Assembly (NCBI RefSeq): GCF_964213995.1
Contig: NC_135803.1
Span: forward strand, 121,086,001 to 121,150,000
Reading direction: 5' to 3'
From: Mustelus asterias
Taxonomy: Eukaryota
Length of the DNA stretch: 64,000 nt
Under the pieces are notes generated by a model. The model was not told the origin of the DNA and ran no database searches. It worked only from the letters and a program-made list of their open reading frames with translations. The translations under genes were made by a program, and so were the position numbers. This document shows positions 11,807-23,339 of the stretch, one piece after another. Numbering within the stretch: the stretch's first letter is position 1; each line of letters begins with the position of its first letter.

Positions 11807-13495
11807 AACATAAGAACATAAGAAATAGGAGCAGGAGTAGGCCATCTAGCCCCTCGAGCCTGCCCCGCCATTCAATAAGATCATGGCTGATCTGACGTGG
11901 ATCAGTACCACTTACCCGCCTGATCCCCATAACCCTTAATTCCCTTACCGATCAGGAATCCATCCATCCGCGCTTTAAACATATTCAGCGAGGTAGCCTC
12001 CACCACCTCAGTGGGCAGAGAATTCCAGAGATTCACCACCCTCTGGGAGAAGAAGTTCCTCCTCAACTCTGTCTTAAACCGACCCCCCTTTATTTTGAGG
12101 CTGTGTCCTCTAGTTTTAACTTCCTTACTAAGTGGAAAGAATCTCTCCGCCTCCACCCTATCCAGCCCCCGCATTATCTTATAAGTCTCCATAAGATCCC
12201 CCCTCATCCTTCTAAACTCCAACGAGTACAAACCCAATCTCCTCAGCCTCTCCTCATAATCCAAACCCCTCATCTCCGGTATCAACCTGGTGAACCTTCT
12301 CTGCACTCCCTCCAATGCCAATATATCCTTCCTCATATAAGGGGACCAATACTGCACACAGTATTCCAGCTGCGGCCTCACCAATGCCCTGTACAGGTGC
12401 ATCAAGACATCCCTGCTTTTATATTCTATCCCCCTCGCAATATAGGCCAACATCCCATTTGCCTTCTTGATCACCTGTTGTACCTGCAGACTGGGCTTTT
12501 GCGTCTCATGCACAAGGACCCCCAGGTCCCTTTGCACGGTAGCATGTTTTAATTTGTTTCCATTGAGATAGTAATCCCATTTGTTATTATTTCCTCCAAA
12601 GTGTATAACCTCGCATTTCTCAACGTTATACTCCATTTGCCATATCCTCGCCCACTCACTCAGCCTGTCCAAATCTCTCTGCAGATCTTCTCCGTCCTCC
12701 ACACGATTCACTTTTCCACTTATCTTTGTGTCGTCTGCAAACTTCGTTACCCTACACTCCGTCCCCTCCTCCAGATCATCTACATAAATGGTAAACAGTT
12801 GCGGCCCGAGTACCGATCCCTGCGGCACACCAGTAGTTACCTTCCTCCAACCGGAAAAACACCCATTTATTCCGACTCTTTGCTTCCTGTCGGACAGCCA
12901 GTCCCCAATCCACTTTAACACACTACCCCCAACTCCGTGTGCCCTAATCTTCTTCAGCAGCCTTTTATGGGGCACCTTATCAAACACCTTTTGGAAATCC
13001 AAAAACACCGCATCCACCGGTTCTCCTCCATCAACCGCCCTAGTCACATCTTCATAAAAATCCAACATGTTCGTCAAGCACGACTTTCCCCTCATGAATC
13101 CATGCTGCGTCTGATTGATCGAACCATTTCTATCCAGATGCCCTGCTATCTCCTCTTTAATAATGGATTCCAGCATTTTCCCTACTACAGACGTTAAGCT
13201 GACCGGCCTATAGTTACCCGCCTTTTGTCTCCTTCCTTTTTTAAACAGCGGCGTAACATTAGCCGTTTTCCAATCAACCGGCACTACCCCAGAATGCAAC
13301 GAGTTTTGATAAATAATCACTAACGCATCCACTATTACCTCTGACATTTCTTTCAATACCCTGGGATGCATTCCATCCGGACCCGGGGACTTGTCCACCT
13401 TCAGTCCCATTAGTCTACCCAGCACTGCCTCTCTGGTAACATTAATCGTATTAAGTATTTCTCCTGCTGCCAACCCTCTATCGTTAATATTTGGC
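11807..13495 (-). mobile_element. Young 5'-truncated CR1 LINE
   Basis: (aagaacat)n tail, uninterrupted RT ORF, 7-bp TSD atgtttg at 11800-11806 and 13496-13502. Confidence 0.95.
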
Positions 13496-13497
13496 AT
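11902..13497 (-). CDS. CR1 ORF2 fragment, reverse transcriptase without endonuclease (531 aa)
   Basis: KSPGPDG, NYRPVSLTS, QHGF, GVPQGSVLGP, FADD, LEYCVQYW motifs. Confidence 0.9.
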   Translation of the reverse strand: MPNINDRGLAAGEILNTINVTREAVLGRLMGLKVDKSPGPDGMHPRVLKEMSEVIVDALVIIYQNSLHSGVVPVDWKTANVTPLFKKGRRQKAGNYRPVSLTSVVGKMLESIIKEEIAGHLDRNGSINQTQHGFMRGKSCLTNMLDFYEDVTRAVDGGEPVDAVFLDFQKVFDKVPHKRLLKKIRAHGVGGSVLKWIGDWLSDRKQRVGINGCFSGWRKVTTGVPQGSVLGPQLFTIYVDDLEEGTECRVTKFADDTKISGKVNRVEDGEDLQRDLDRLSEWARIWQMEYNVEKCEVIHFGGNNNKWDYYLNGNKLKHATVQRDLGVLVHETQKPSLQVQQVIKKANGMLAYIARGIEYKSRDVLMHLYRALVRPQLEYCVQYWSPYMRKDILALEGVQRRFTRLIPEMRGLDYEERLRRLGLYSLEFRRMRGDLMETYKIMRGLDRVEAERFFPLSKEVKTRGHSLKIKGGRFKTELRRNFFSQRVVNLWNSLPTEVVEATSLNMFKARMDGFLIGKGIKGYGDQAGKWY

Positions 13498-13999
13498 GTT
13501 TGGTTGTATTAGGTGAAGATACCCATATTGGGAAAGTATGTACTTTAGCCTACAGTCAGCCGAGATGTAATCAACACTATCTAGTTGAAATTTTAAATGC
13601 GTACTACATTTGGCTCAGATCAATTTTTTTTTTTAACCATATTTAATACTCATTTACAAACTGTTCACACCACCAAAGTGGGCACGGCAAGTTTCCACCA
13701 AATATAACCATTCAAGAAGGCTTTTCAAATTGAGCTTTTTTTTTAGCACGCAGGAATGTTTTTAAATTTTCTTAAATATGAAAATAAATTTACTTTACTA
13801 TGAAACTGATATGTGCAATCAATGAAACTAGTAAATGGTTTAGTTTGTTTTCAAGTCACTGTCAGGTTAGATACTTATAAAATATTTATTATGATTTTAA
13901 ACACCCTTTATAGTCGTATTATTAAAACTCATGAGTTCCCACTTTTAAGTGCATCAATAGAGATATTTTTTGTAATGCAAGTAACACAAGTAAATGATG

Positions 14000-14351
14000 G
14001 ATGGTATGGTGGCACAGTGGGTTGGCACTGTTGCCTTGCAGTGCCAGGAACCGGGTTCGATTCCGGCCTTGGATGACTGTCAGTGTGGAGTTTGCACATT
14101 CTCTCTGTGTCTGTGTGAGTTTCCTCCAAGTGCTCTGGTTTTCTCCCATAGTCACATATATGCAAGTTAGATGGATTAGCCATGGTAAGTTGCCCCTTAC
14201 TGTCAAAAGATGTGTATGTTAAGTGGATTAGCCAAGGTAAATGCATGGGTTACCATAGAGGAGAGGACCTCGATGGGGTGCTCTTTCGGAGAATCAGTGC
14301 AGGCTTAATGGTCCGAATGGCTTCTTCCTGCACAGTAGGAGTTCTATGATT
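14000..14351 (+). mobile_element. HE1-type V-SINE, diverged
   Basis: A box tggcacagtgg, B box ggttcgattcc, V core, ttctatgat tail. Confidence 0.85.
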
Positions 14352-14474
14352 ACATTCCACTATGCTGGTTGACCGTGCTAGTTCATAGAAGGTTTTGGGT
14401 TTGTGTTTCAGTAAAACTGGAACCACAATTTAAGTCCAGAAAAGCAGTGCAATTTCAACCATCATTTGTGCTCC

Positions 14475-15663
14475 TTTTGAAGATTGTGGCCAAGTGATTG
14501 GCCCAAATAGGGGACCCAGACGAGCACTCAGATCCTGCGCGGATCAGCTGGCGGAGGTATTTGCAGATGTCTTTAACCTCTCTTTACACCAATCTGAGGT
14601 CCCTATCTGCTTCAAGGAGACGACCATCATCACTGTACCAAAGAAAAGCCAGCTAGCGTGCCTTATTGACTATCACCTGGAGGTTCTGACATCCATCATT
14701 ATGAAGTGCTTCGAAAGGTTAGTTATGACACGAAGGCCTTCCAGATTGCCTGGATCCACTATAGTTTGCCTATCTCCGCAACAGGTCCGCAGCAGACACC
14801 ATCTCCCTGGCCCTACACTCAACCTGGAACACCTGGATCACAAAGACACTTATGTCAGACTTCTATTTATTGAGTACAGCTCAGCCTTCAACATCATTAT
14901 TCCTACAAAACTCATCTCCAAATTCTGTGGCCTAGAACTCAGCTCCTCCCTCTGCGACTGACTGGATAGGAGAGAGTTATCGACTTCATGAAGCGTAGTG
15001 GAGGACATGCCCTTGTCTATATCAATGGGGATGAAGTGAAAATGGTTGAAAGTTTCAAGTTTTTAGGTGTCCAGATCACCAACAACCTGTCGTGGTCCCG
15101 CCACACCAATGCTATAGTTAAGAAAGCCCACCAACACCTCTACTTTCTCAGGAGGCTAAGGAAATTTAGCATGTCGACTACGACTCTCACCAACTTTTAC
15201 AGATGTGCCATAGAAAGCATTCTTTCTTGTTGTATCACAACTTATTGTGGCTCCTGTTCTGTCCAAGACCACAAGAAACTACAAAGGGTCGTGAACAGAG
15301 CCCAGTCCAGCATGTAAACTAGCCCCCCATCCATTGACTCTGTCTACACTTCCCGCTGCCTCGGAAAAGCAGCCAGCATAATTAAGGAGCCCATGAACCC
15401 TGGACATACTCTCTTCCACCTTCTTCCGTCGGGAAAAAGACACAAAAGTCTGACATCATGGACCAAACCAACTCAAGAACAGCTTCTTCCCTGCTGCCAT
15501 CAGACTTTTGAATGGACTTATCTCATATTAAGTTGATCTTTGTCTACACCCTAGCTATGACTGTATCACTACATTCTGCCCTCTGCTTTCTTTCTCTATC
15601 TATGGTGTGCAAGAAACAATACTTTTCACTGTATACTAATACATGTGACAATATCAAATCAAA
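14475..15663 (+). mobile_element. Rex1/Babar-like LINE fragment with internal deletion
   Basis: [59 protein letters not shown]; tail aatatcaaatc. Confidence 0.85.
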
Positions 15664-16518
15664 ACAGAAATTTTACCCTAATACTTTATCTGTAATCTTT
15701 GACAACTGGCAGCAGAATTCTTCTGTTTGCTATTTGTAGTGAAAGTGTAAATATAAATAATGTGCAGCAGAAATCTTTTCTATCTACCGCACCCCCCAAC
15801 CCTTTTGTGGTTGTGTTAAATAACAAACACACTAAAATCCAAGTGTAGCCAGGGCCCAAAGACTATTCTGTGACAGTTGGGTAATTCTTGTGACATACAA
15901 GTACAGATTCTGCAGCCAATCTATCCAAGGTTTTGGGACATCTCATTCTGTGTATGTAATGTTTTTTAAAAATCTGTCTAAAAAGTGTTACATTTGCCAT
16001 GGAAAAATCTGTGTATTTTGAGTTAATTAGAAGAAAAAGGGACTGCGGAATTTCTGGAATTCCTAATAATAGCCATCAATTAACACCTAGCTGCCTCATT
16101 AGCTTTACCACCTCGTCAGGCGAGACAACAGGATGTTAACCAACATTTTGTGTAGGAGGTAGATAACCAACACCTGGTCTACCAAAACTTAAGTGTTCTG
16201 GATCCAAATGGCATCATTTGACACCCATCTCCTAAATCCCCATTGAGATGCAGCTGGTTAATCCGCATACATTTCACACCTTTCACATTCTACAATTTGA
16301 CATAAAGCTTCTTCAAAGTCAGTTGATTAAAGAGCTGAGATAATAGGTAACATAATCCCCAAGCATTTCACATTTTACAACAGGCAGGACAGCATTGGAA
16401 ATAACTTGAGCTGACAAAGGCATGAAAGAAATGTTTCATGGTAGTTCAATTAAGGGAGGTGGCTGATGATCAAAGTGTAAGTAGGCAGGCTACATATTTA
16501 TACATATATATTTATATA

Positions 16519-16836
16519 CCGGCACGGTGGCACAGTGGTTAGCACTGCTGCCTCACAGAGCCAGGGACCCAGGTTCGATCCCTGACTTGGGTCACTGTAT
16601 GTGTAGAGTTTGCACATTCTCCCCGTGTCTGCGTGGGTTTCCTGCCGTTGCTCCGGTTTCCTCCCACAATCCAAAGATTTGCGGGCTAGGTGGATTGGCC
16701 ATGCTAAATTGCCCCTTAGTGTCAAGGGGACTCGCTAGGGTAAATGCATGGGGTTATGGGGATAGGGCCTGGGTGGGATTGTGGTTGGTGCAGACTCAGT
16801 GGGCCGAATGTACTTCTGCACTGTAGGATTCTATGA
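16519..16836 (+). mobile_element. Full-length HE1-type V-SINE
   Basis: A box 16528-16538, B box 16572-16582, V core, tail gggccgaat...gattctatga. Confidence 0.92.
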
Positions 16837-17134
16837 TAGGCACCCATCCATTTCAGGAAATGATGGACTACGCCCAGGGTGTATCCCACTTCTGTATTGA
16901 ACATCATCTGTTGTGGCTGTAGAGGCCAATTTGTCAATGGCTGATGAGCAGAGTGGAAAGAGGCGGGTTTAATGATGGAGAGAGCACATGGTTGGAACTA
17001 GGTATTGGTTCTTATACAGTTACAGTGAGGAATATTGTACAGTTGGAGCTAAATTCTATGATATCTACCATGGCAACGAGCTCATAGAACGCCAGAAGTC
17101 ATGGGTAAGGTATGGGCAGATGTGCAGTGGAGTT

Positions 17135-17620
17135 AAAAAGAAAGATTAGCATTTATATAGTCCCTTTCATGACCACTGGACATGCTAAAACACTTTACAG
17201 ACACTGAAATACTTTTGAAGTGTAGTCACTGTTGTGAAGTAGGAAACACAGCACAGCCAACAGCAATGTTGTTAATGACCAGATAATTTGTTTTTGTGAT
17301 GTTTGTTGAGATAGAAATATTGGCCAGGACATTAGGAATATCTCCCCTGTTCTTTGAAATTGTAAGAGTTTTAACAACATCAGGTTAAAGTCCAACAGGG
17401 TTATTTGGTAGCAAATGCCATTAGTCGTAAGGTTCCATTTGGTAGCAAATGCCTTTGAAATTGTGCCATGGGAGCTTTTATGTCCACCTGAGAGGGCAGT
17501 CTAGCCCCAGTTTAACATCTCAACCCAAAGTCAGCATCTCTAACAGTGCAGCACTGGACTTGCAGCCTGATTTTTGTGCTCAAGTCTTGAAATGGGCTTG
17601 AATCAAGAAACGTCTGACTC
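17135..17620 (-). mobile_element. DeuSINE-like element, interrupted by a PLE fragment
   Basis: Reverse complement of the family at 54449-55150 (ggccaatattt, ccatggcac, gtgctgcactgt, ctatataaatgc tail). Confidence 0.65.
17364..17452 (-). mobile_element. Short Penelope-like pLTR fragment (family 1) with 12-bp TSD
   Basis: caggttaaagtccaacagg...ggtagcaaat; TSD ctttgaaattgt at 17352-17363 and 17453-17464. Confidence 0.8.
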
Positions 17621-18232
17621 AGTTTTTAGGTGTCCAGGTCCCCCCATGCCGACACTATAGTTAAGAAAGCCCACCAATGCCTCTACTTTCTCAGAAGACG
17701 AAGGAAATTTGGCATGTCAGCTACGACTCTCACCAACCTTTACAGATGCACCATAGAAAGCATTCTTTCTGGTTGTATCACAGCTTGGTATGGCTCCTGC
17801 TCTGTCCAAGACCGCAAGGAACTACGAAAGGTTGTGAATGTAGCCCAATCCATCACGCAAACCAGCCTCCCATTCATTGACTTGGTCTACACTTCCCGCT
17901 GCCTCGGCAAAGCAGCAACATAATTAAGGACCCCACGCACCCCGGACATTCTCTCTTCCACTTTCTTCCTTCGGGAAAAAGATACAAAAGTCTGAGGTCA
18001 CGTACCAACCGACTCAAGTACAACTTCTTCCCTGCTGCTGTCAGACTTTTGAATGGACTTACCTTGCATTAAATTGATCTTTCTCTATACCCTAGCTATG
18101 ACTGTAACACTACATTCTGCACTCTCTTGTTTCCTTCTCTATGAATGGTATGCTTTGTCTGTATAGCGTGCAAGAAACAATACTTTTCACTGTATGTTAA
18201 TACATGTGACAATAATAAATCAAATCAAATCA
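17621..18232 (+). mobile_element. Rex1/Babar-like LINE 3' fragment
   Basis: KKAHQCLYFLR...YRCTIESILSGCITAWYG; (aaatc)n tail. Confidence 0.88.
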
Positions 18233-18691
18233 GAGACAAGAATGTTACCAACAGAACCATGGCCGATTTTTCTCTGTATGTAACAAAAATGTGGTTTAAG
18301 CTCAATGTTGGGGAATGAATTATTTTTGATCTTCCACAGCAGCCACCCCCGGAGTGAGAATGGACTCTCTGCACTAGCTATTGTTTAATTATAGGCAGTC
18401 AGAAATGATCAATTTGTACTCGCTAGGTACTGGATTCAGGCTGCGCACACATTTCGGGTGACTTTCATCCTATTGATCCAGGTGGATTTGTCTATATATT
18501 TCATTCATTCATTTACATGCCTTGCATCAGCAACATGCAGACACCAGTACCATGCCTTCCCCAAGACCATCCTAACAATATGCAAAGGAAAGGCAATTTC
18601 GAACCTACTTACTTCCCATGTTACTATCTTTGACAAATTCAACCACCTACATCTATATCTAAAATATAGGTGGTAAATAGCCTGCATGCAT

Positions 18692-18997
18692 ATCATAGAA
18701 TCATAGAATCCCTACAGTGCAGAAAGAGGCCATTCAGCCCATGGAGCCTGCACCAACAACAATTCCACCCAGGCCCTTAACCCCACGTACTAACCCTGCT
18801 AATCCCCCTGACACTAAGGGTCAATTTAACTTGGCCAATCAACCTAACCTGCACACCTTTGGAGCATGAGAGGAAACCCATGCAGACATGAGGCCAACAT
18901 GCAAACTTCACACAGACAGTCACCCAAGGCTGGGATCGAACCCAGGACCCTGGCACTGTGAGGCAGCAATGCTAGGCACTGTGCCACCATGCCACCC
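18692..18997 (-). mobile_element. HE1-type V-SINE
   Basis: (tcatagaa)2 tail and reverse-complement head. Confidence 0.88.
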
Positions 18998-19538
18998 ATA
19001 CTAGTAGAAAATATGCGATTATTAGTCCAAACCTACATCATGTCAAGTAACGCACACACAATTGGGATATGGTTTTCTCTTATTGGGAATCATTCATTGT
19101 AGAGTATTCAAATCTCATTAATCCACTGTGTCAGAACATTTTGAACTATTTGTAACTCATCACAAAATGATTTCCTGGAAGGTTTTATTGGCCACAAAGA
19201 AAATTACACACTCGCAACATCTGCAGTATTACAACAGGAAAAGAACACTTTTGTGGCCTAATGTTCAAACCAGTTCTCATGGATTTGGAAGATAGAAATC
19301 TGCTGACCAGTTGGTTACTTATTTGTTCATGATGATTAAAGCCATATTAGCTAACGACATCTCAAAGAGTTTAAAAAAAAATCTTTTGACCCACGCCTTG
19401 TTTTAATTTAATCTCCAAACTAAATGGGCTGGATTATCCAGTTTTAGAACATAGAACATAGAACATTACAGCGCAGAACAGGCCCTTCGGCCCACGATGT
19501 TGCACCGACCAGTTAAAAAAAAACTGTGACCCTCCAAC

Positions 19539-22358
19539 CTAAACCAATTTCTTTTCGTCCATGAACCTATCTACGGATCTCTTAAACGCCCCCAAACTAG
19601 GCGCATTTACTACTGATGCTGGCAGGGCATTCCAATCCCTCACCACCCTCTGGGTAAAGAACCTACCCCTGACATCGGTTCTATAACTACCCCCCCTCAA
19701 TTTAAAGCCATGCCCCCTCGTGCTGGATTTCTCCATCAGAGGAAAAAGGCTATCACTATCCACCCTATCTAAACCTCTAATCATCTTATATGTTTCAATA
19801 AGATCCCCTCTTAGCCGCCGCCTTTCCAGCGAAAACAATCCCAAATCCCTCAGCCTCTCCTCATAGGATCTCCCCTCCATACCAGGCAACATCCTGGTAA
19901 ACCTCCTCTGCACCCTCTCCAAAGCCTCCACATCCTTCCTGTAATGTGGGGACCAGAACTGCACACAGTACTCCAAGTGCGGCCGCACCAGAGTTGTGTA
20001 CAGTTGCAACATAACGCTACGACTCCTAAATTCAATCCCCCTACCAATAAACGCCAAGACACCATATGCCTTCTTAACAACCTTATCTACTTGATTCCCA
20101 ACTTTCAGGGATCTATGCACACATACACCTAGATCCCTCTGCTCCTCCACACTATTCAAAGTCCTCCCGTTAGCCCTATACTCAACACATCTGTTATTCC
20201 TACCAAAGTGAATTACCTCACACTTCTCCGCATTAAACTCCATCCGCCACCTCTCGGCCCAACTTTGCAACCTGTCTAAGTCTTCCTGCAAACTACGACA
20301 CCCTTCCTCACTGTCTACCACACCACCGACTTTGGTGTCATCAGCAAATTTGCTAATCCACCCAACTATACCCTCATCCAGATCATTAATAAATATTACA
20401 AACAGCAGTGGCCCCAAAACAGATCCCTGAGGTACACCACTTGTAACCGCACTCCATGATGAATATTTACTATCAACCACCACCCTCTGTTTCCTATCCG
20501 CTAGCCAATTCCTGATCCAATTTCCTAGATCACCCCCAATCCCATACATCTGCATTTTCTGCAGAAGCCTACCATGGTGAACCTTATCAAACGCCTTACT
20601 AAAATCCATATATACCACGTCCACTGCCTTGCCCCCATCCACCTCCTTGGTCACTTTCTCAAAAAACTCAATAAGGTTAGTAAGGCACGACCTACCTGCC
20701 ACAAAACCATGCTGACTATCACCTATCAATTCATTACTCTCCAAATAACTATAAATCCTATCCCTTATAATTTTTTCCAACATCTTGCCGACAACAGAAG
20801 TGAGACTCACCGGTCTATAATTCCCGGGGAAGTCTCTGTTCCCCTTCTTAAACAATGGGACAACATTCGCTAACCTCCAATCTTCTGGTACTATACCAGA
20901 GGCCAACGACGACCTGAAGATCAGAGCCAGAGGCTCTGCAATCACTTCTCTTGCCTCCCAGAGAATCCTTGGATAAATCCCATCCGGACCAGGGGATTTA
21001 TCTATTTTCAGACCCTCCAGAATATCCTGCACATCCTCCTTATCAACTGTAATACTGTCTATTCTACTCCCTTGCAACCCAGTGTCCTCCTCAGCTATAT
21101 TCATGTCCCCTTGCGTGAACACCGAAGAGAAATATTGGTTCAATGCTTCACCAATCTCCTCCGGTTCCACACATAACTTCCCTCTGCCATCTATAACTGG
21201 CCCTAAACTTGCCCTAACCAACCTTCTGTTCTTGACATACCTATAGAACGCCTTAGGATTCTCTTTAACCCTATCCGCCAAAGTCTTCTCATGTCCCCTT
21301 TTAGCCCTTCTAAGCTCGCTCTTCAACTCCCTCTTAGCCAATCTAAAGCTTTCTAGTGCACTACCCGAGTGCTCACGTCTCATCCGAACATAAGCCTCCT
21401 TTTTCTTTTTAACCAACAACGAAACTTTTTTGGTGCACCACGGTTCCCTAGCCCTACCAATTCCTCCTTGCCTGACAGGGACATACCTATCACAGACTCG
21501 CAGTAGCTGCTCCTTGAAAAAACTCCACATGTCGGACGTTCCCAGTCCCTGTAATCTCCTAGTCCAACCTATGTTTCCTAATTCTCTCCTAATAGCCTCA
21601 TAATTACCCTTCCCCCAGCTAAAACCACTGGCCCGAGGTTCATGCCTATCCCTTCCCATCACTAAGGTGAACGTAACCGAATTGTGGTCACTATCACCAA
21701 AATGCACACCAACTTCCAAGTCTAGCACCTGGTCTGGCTCATTTCCCAGCACCAGATCCAATATAGCCTCACCTCTAGTTGGCCTGTCTACATACTGAGT
21801 CAAAAAACCTTCCTGCACGCTTTGAACAAAAACTGACCCCTCTAACGAGCTAGAGCTATAACAATTCCAGTCAATATTAGTCAAGTTAAAATCCCCCATA
21901 ACAATTGCCCGATTACTTTCACTCCTAAGCAGGATTGACTCCGCAATCCTTTCCTCAACCTCTCTAGAACTTTTAGGAGGTCTATAAAAGACTCCCAACA
22001 GGGTGACCTCTCCTCTCCTATTTCTAATCTCCGCCCATACTACCTCAACAGATAAGTCCTCATCAAACCTCCTCTCTGACACTGTGATACAATCTCTGAC
22101 CAATAATGCTACCCCTCCCCCTCTTCTACCTCCTTCCCTACTTCGACTAAAACATTTGAACCCCGGGACCTGCAGCATCCATTCCTGCCCCTGCTCTATC
22201 CATGTCTCTGAAATAGCCACAACATCGAAGTCCCAGGTACTGATCCACGCTGCAAGTTCACCCACTTTATTGCGAATACTCCTGGCATTGAAGTATACAC
22301 ATTTCAAACCCTGCTCCACCCCACCTCTGCAATGCCGTGCATTGCAGTCCCCATCCAT
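19539..22358 (-). CDS. CR1 ORF2: AP-endonuclease plus reverse transcriptase (939 aa)
   Basis: YFNARSI, ISETW, YRPP, GDFN, LDLVL, SDHN (endonuclease); QHGF, PQGSVLGP, FADD (RT). Confidence 0.96.
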   Translation of the reverse strand: MDGDCNARHCRGGVEQGLKCVYFNARSIRNKVGELAAWISTWDFDVVAISETWIEQGQEWMLQVPGFKCFSRSREGGRRGGGVALLVRDCITVSERRFDEDLSVEVVWAEIRNRRGEVTLLGVFYRPPKSSREVEERIAESILLRSESNRAIVMGDFNLTNIDWNCYSSSSLEGSVFVQSVQEGFLTQYVDRPTRGEAILDLVLGNEPDQVLDLEVGVHFGDSDHNSVTFTLVMGRDRHEPRASGFSWGKGNYEAIRRELGNIGWTRRLQGLGTSDMWSFFKEQLLRVCDRYVPVRQGGIGRAREPWCTKKVSLLVKKKKEAYVRMRREHSGSALESFRLAKRELKSELRRAKRGHEKTLADRVKENPKAFYRYVKNRRLVRASLGPVIDGRGKLCVEPEEIGEALNQYFSSVFTQGDMNIAEEDTGLQGSRIDSITVDKEDVQDILEGLKIDKSPGPDGIYPRILWEAREVIAEPLALIFRSSLASGIVPEDWRLANVVPLFKKGNRDFPGNYRPVSLTSVVGKMLEKIIRDRIYSYLESNELIGDSQHGFVAGRSCLTNLIEFFEKVTKEVDGGKAVDVVYMDFSKAFDKVHHGRLLQKMQMYGIGGDLGNWIRNWLADRKQRVVVDSKYSSWSAVTSGVPQGSVLGPLLFVIFINDLDEGIVGWISKFADDTKVGGVVDSEEGCRSLQEDLDRLQSWAERWRMEFNAEKCEVIHFGRNNRCVEYRANGRTLNSVEEQRDLGVCVHRSLKVGNQVDKVVKKAYGVLAFIGRGIEFRSRSVMLQLYTTLVRPHLEYCVQFWSPHYRKDVEALERVQRRFTRMLPGMEGRSYEERLRDLGLFSLERRRLRGDLIETYKMIRGLDRVDSDSLFPLMEKSSTRGHGFKLRGGSYRTDVRGRFFTQRVVRDWNALPASVVNAPSLGAFKRSVDRFMDEKKLV

Positions 22359-22409
22359 GCATCCCTCACTTTCAGCCCCACTACTCAGGATCCCTCCCCC
22401 CCCCCCGAA

Positions 22410-23339
22410 TCAGTTTAAACCTCCCTGCATGGCCTTAGCAAATTTACCCCCCAGGATATTGGTCCCCTTCTGATTAAGGTGTAGACCATCCTTCTCATAG
22501 AGGTCACACCTTCCCCAGTACGAGCCCCAATTGCTTAAGTACCTGAACCCCTCCCTCCTGCACCATCCCCTCAGCCATGAATTCAAACCTTCCCTCTCCC
22601 TATTCCTCTCTAAACTATCCCGTGGTACAGGCAAGAGTCCAGAGATAACCACTCTGTCAGTCTTGGCCTTTAGTTTCCACCCCAACTCCATAAATCCCTG
22701 CCTAATATCCCCTTCCCCTATCCTCCCTATGTCGTGTGTCCCCACATGTACAATAACTTGTGGTTTATCTCCCTCCCCCCTAAGAGTCCTGAATACCCTG
22801 TCAGACACATCCCGGACCCCAGCCCCTGGTAGGCAACACACCAACCCTGAGTCCCTACCTTTAGTTCCGACCCTCCTATCTGTCCCCTTAATTGTGGAGT
22901 CCCCAATCACAAGGCCCAGTCTTTTACAGCCCTTAACCACCTGAGCTTTCTCACTCGGCTCACCCCCAGAGATCTGCTCTCTATGCTCAGTTGATTCCTC
23001 CTCAACTGTAGCCTCCAGCACCGAAAACCTATTATGGAGGGGAACCGCCCCAGGGGATTGTCTTCCCGATTGCTTCTTACCCCTCCTCCTGGCATTGACC
23101 CAAGCCTCATTTCTAGGAGTTACTATTTCTCTATAACTCCTATCAACTTCCACCTCCGCCTCCCGAATTATGCGGAGTTCCTCTACCTCCCCCTCCAGCT
23201 CCTTTACACGCTCCTCCAGAAGCTGCAATCTAATGCACTTCTTACAACTAAAATCTCCTGAAACACTACTGGATTTCCTCACCACATACATCCCACAGGA
23301 GATGCAGCATACTGCCTGAACTGCCATCCCTGAAGCCAT
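22410..23339 (-). CDS. CR1 ORF1p: zinc finger, coiled coil and SGNH-type esterase (309 aa from MASGMAVQ)
   Basis: CISC...CKKC, heptad LEERVKELEGEVEEL, PLHNRF, IGDS, PGA, GTHD, DGLHLN; first ATG at 23339. Confidence 0.92.
   Translation of the reverse strand: MASGMAVQAVCCISCGMYVVRKSSSVSGDFSCKKCIRLQLLEERVKELEGEVEELRIIREAEVEVDRSYREIVTPRNEAWVNARRRGKKQSGRQSPGAVPLHNRFSVLEATVEEESTEHREQISGGEPSEKAQVVKGCKRLGLVIGDSTIKGTDRRVGTKGRDSGLVCCLPGAGVRDVSDRVFRTLRGEGDKPQVIVHVGTHDIGRIGEGDIRQGFMELGWKLKAKTDRVVISGLLPVPRDSLERNREREGLNSWLRGWCRREGFRYLSNWGSYWGRCDLYEKDGLHLNQKGTNILGGKFAKAMQGGLN

Noticed and set aside
12103-13197. Plus-strand ORFs over the CR1, and similar antisense ORFs at 19944-23261 and 34137-36971
   Set aside because: Antisense shadows of LINE coding sequence with no independent motifs.
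16519-16590. tRNA gene suggested by A and B boxes (also other SINE heads)
   Set aside because: The sequence continues into the V core and LINE-like tail, so it is a SINE head.
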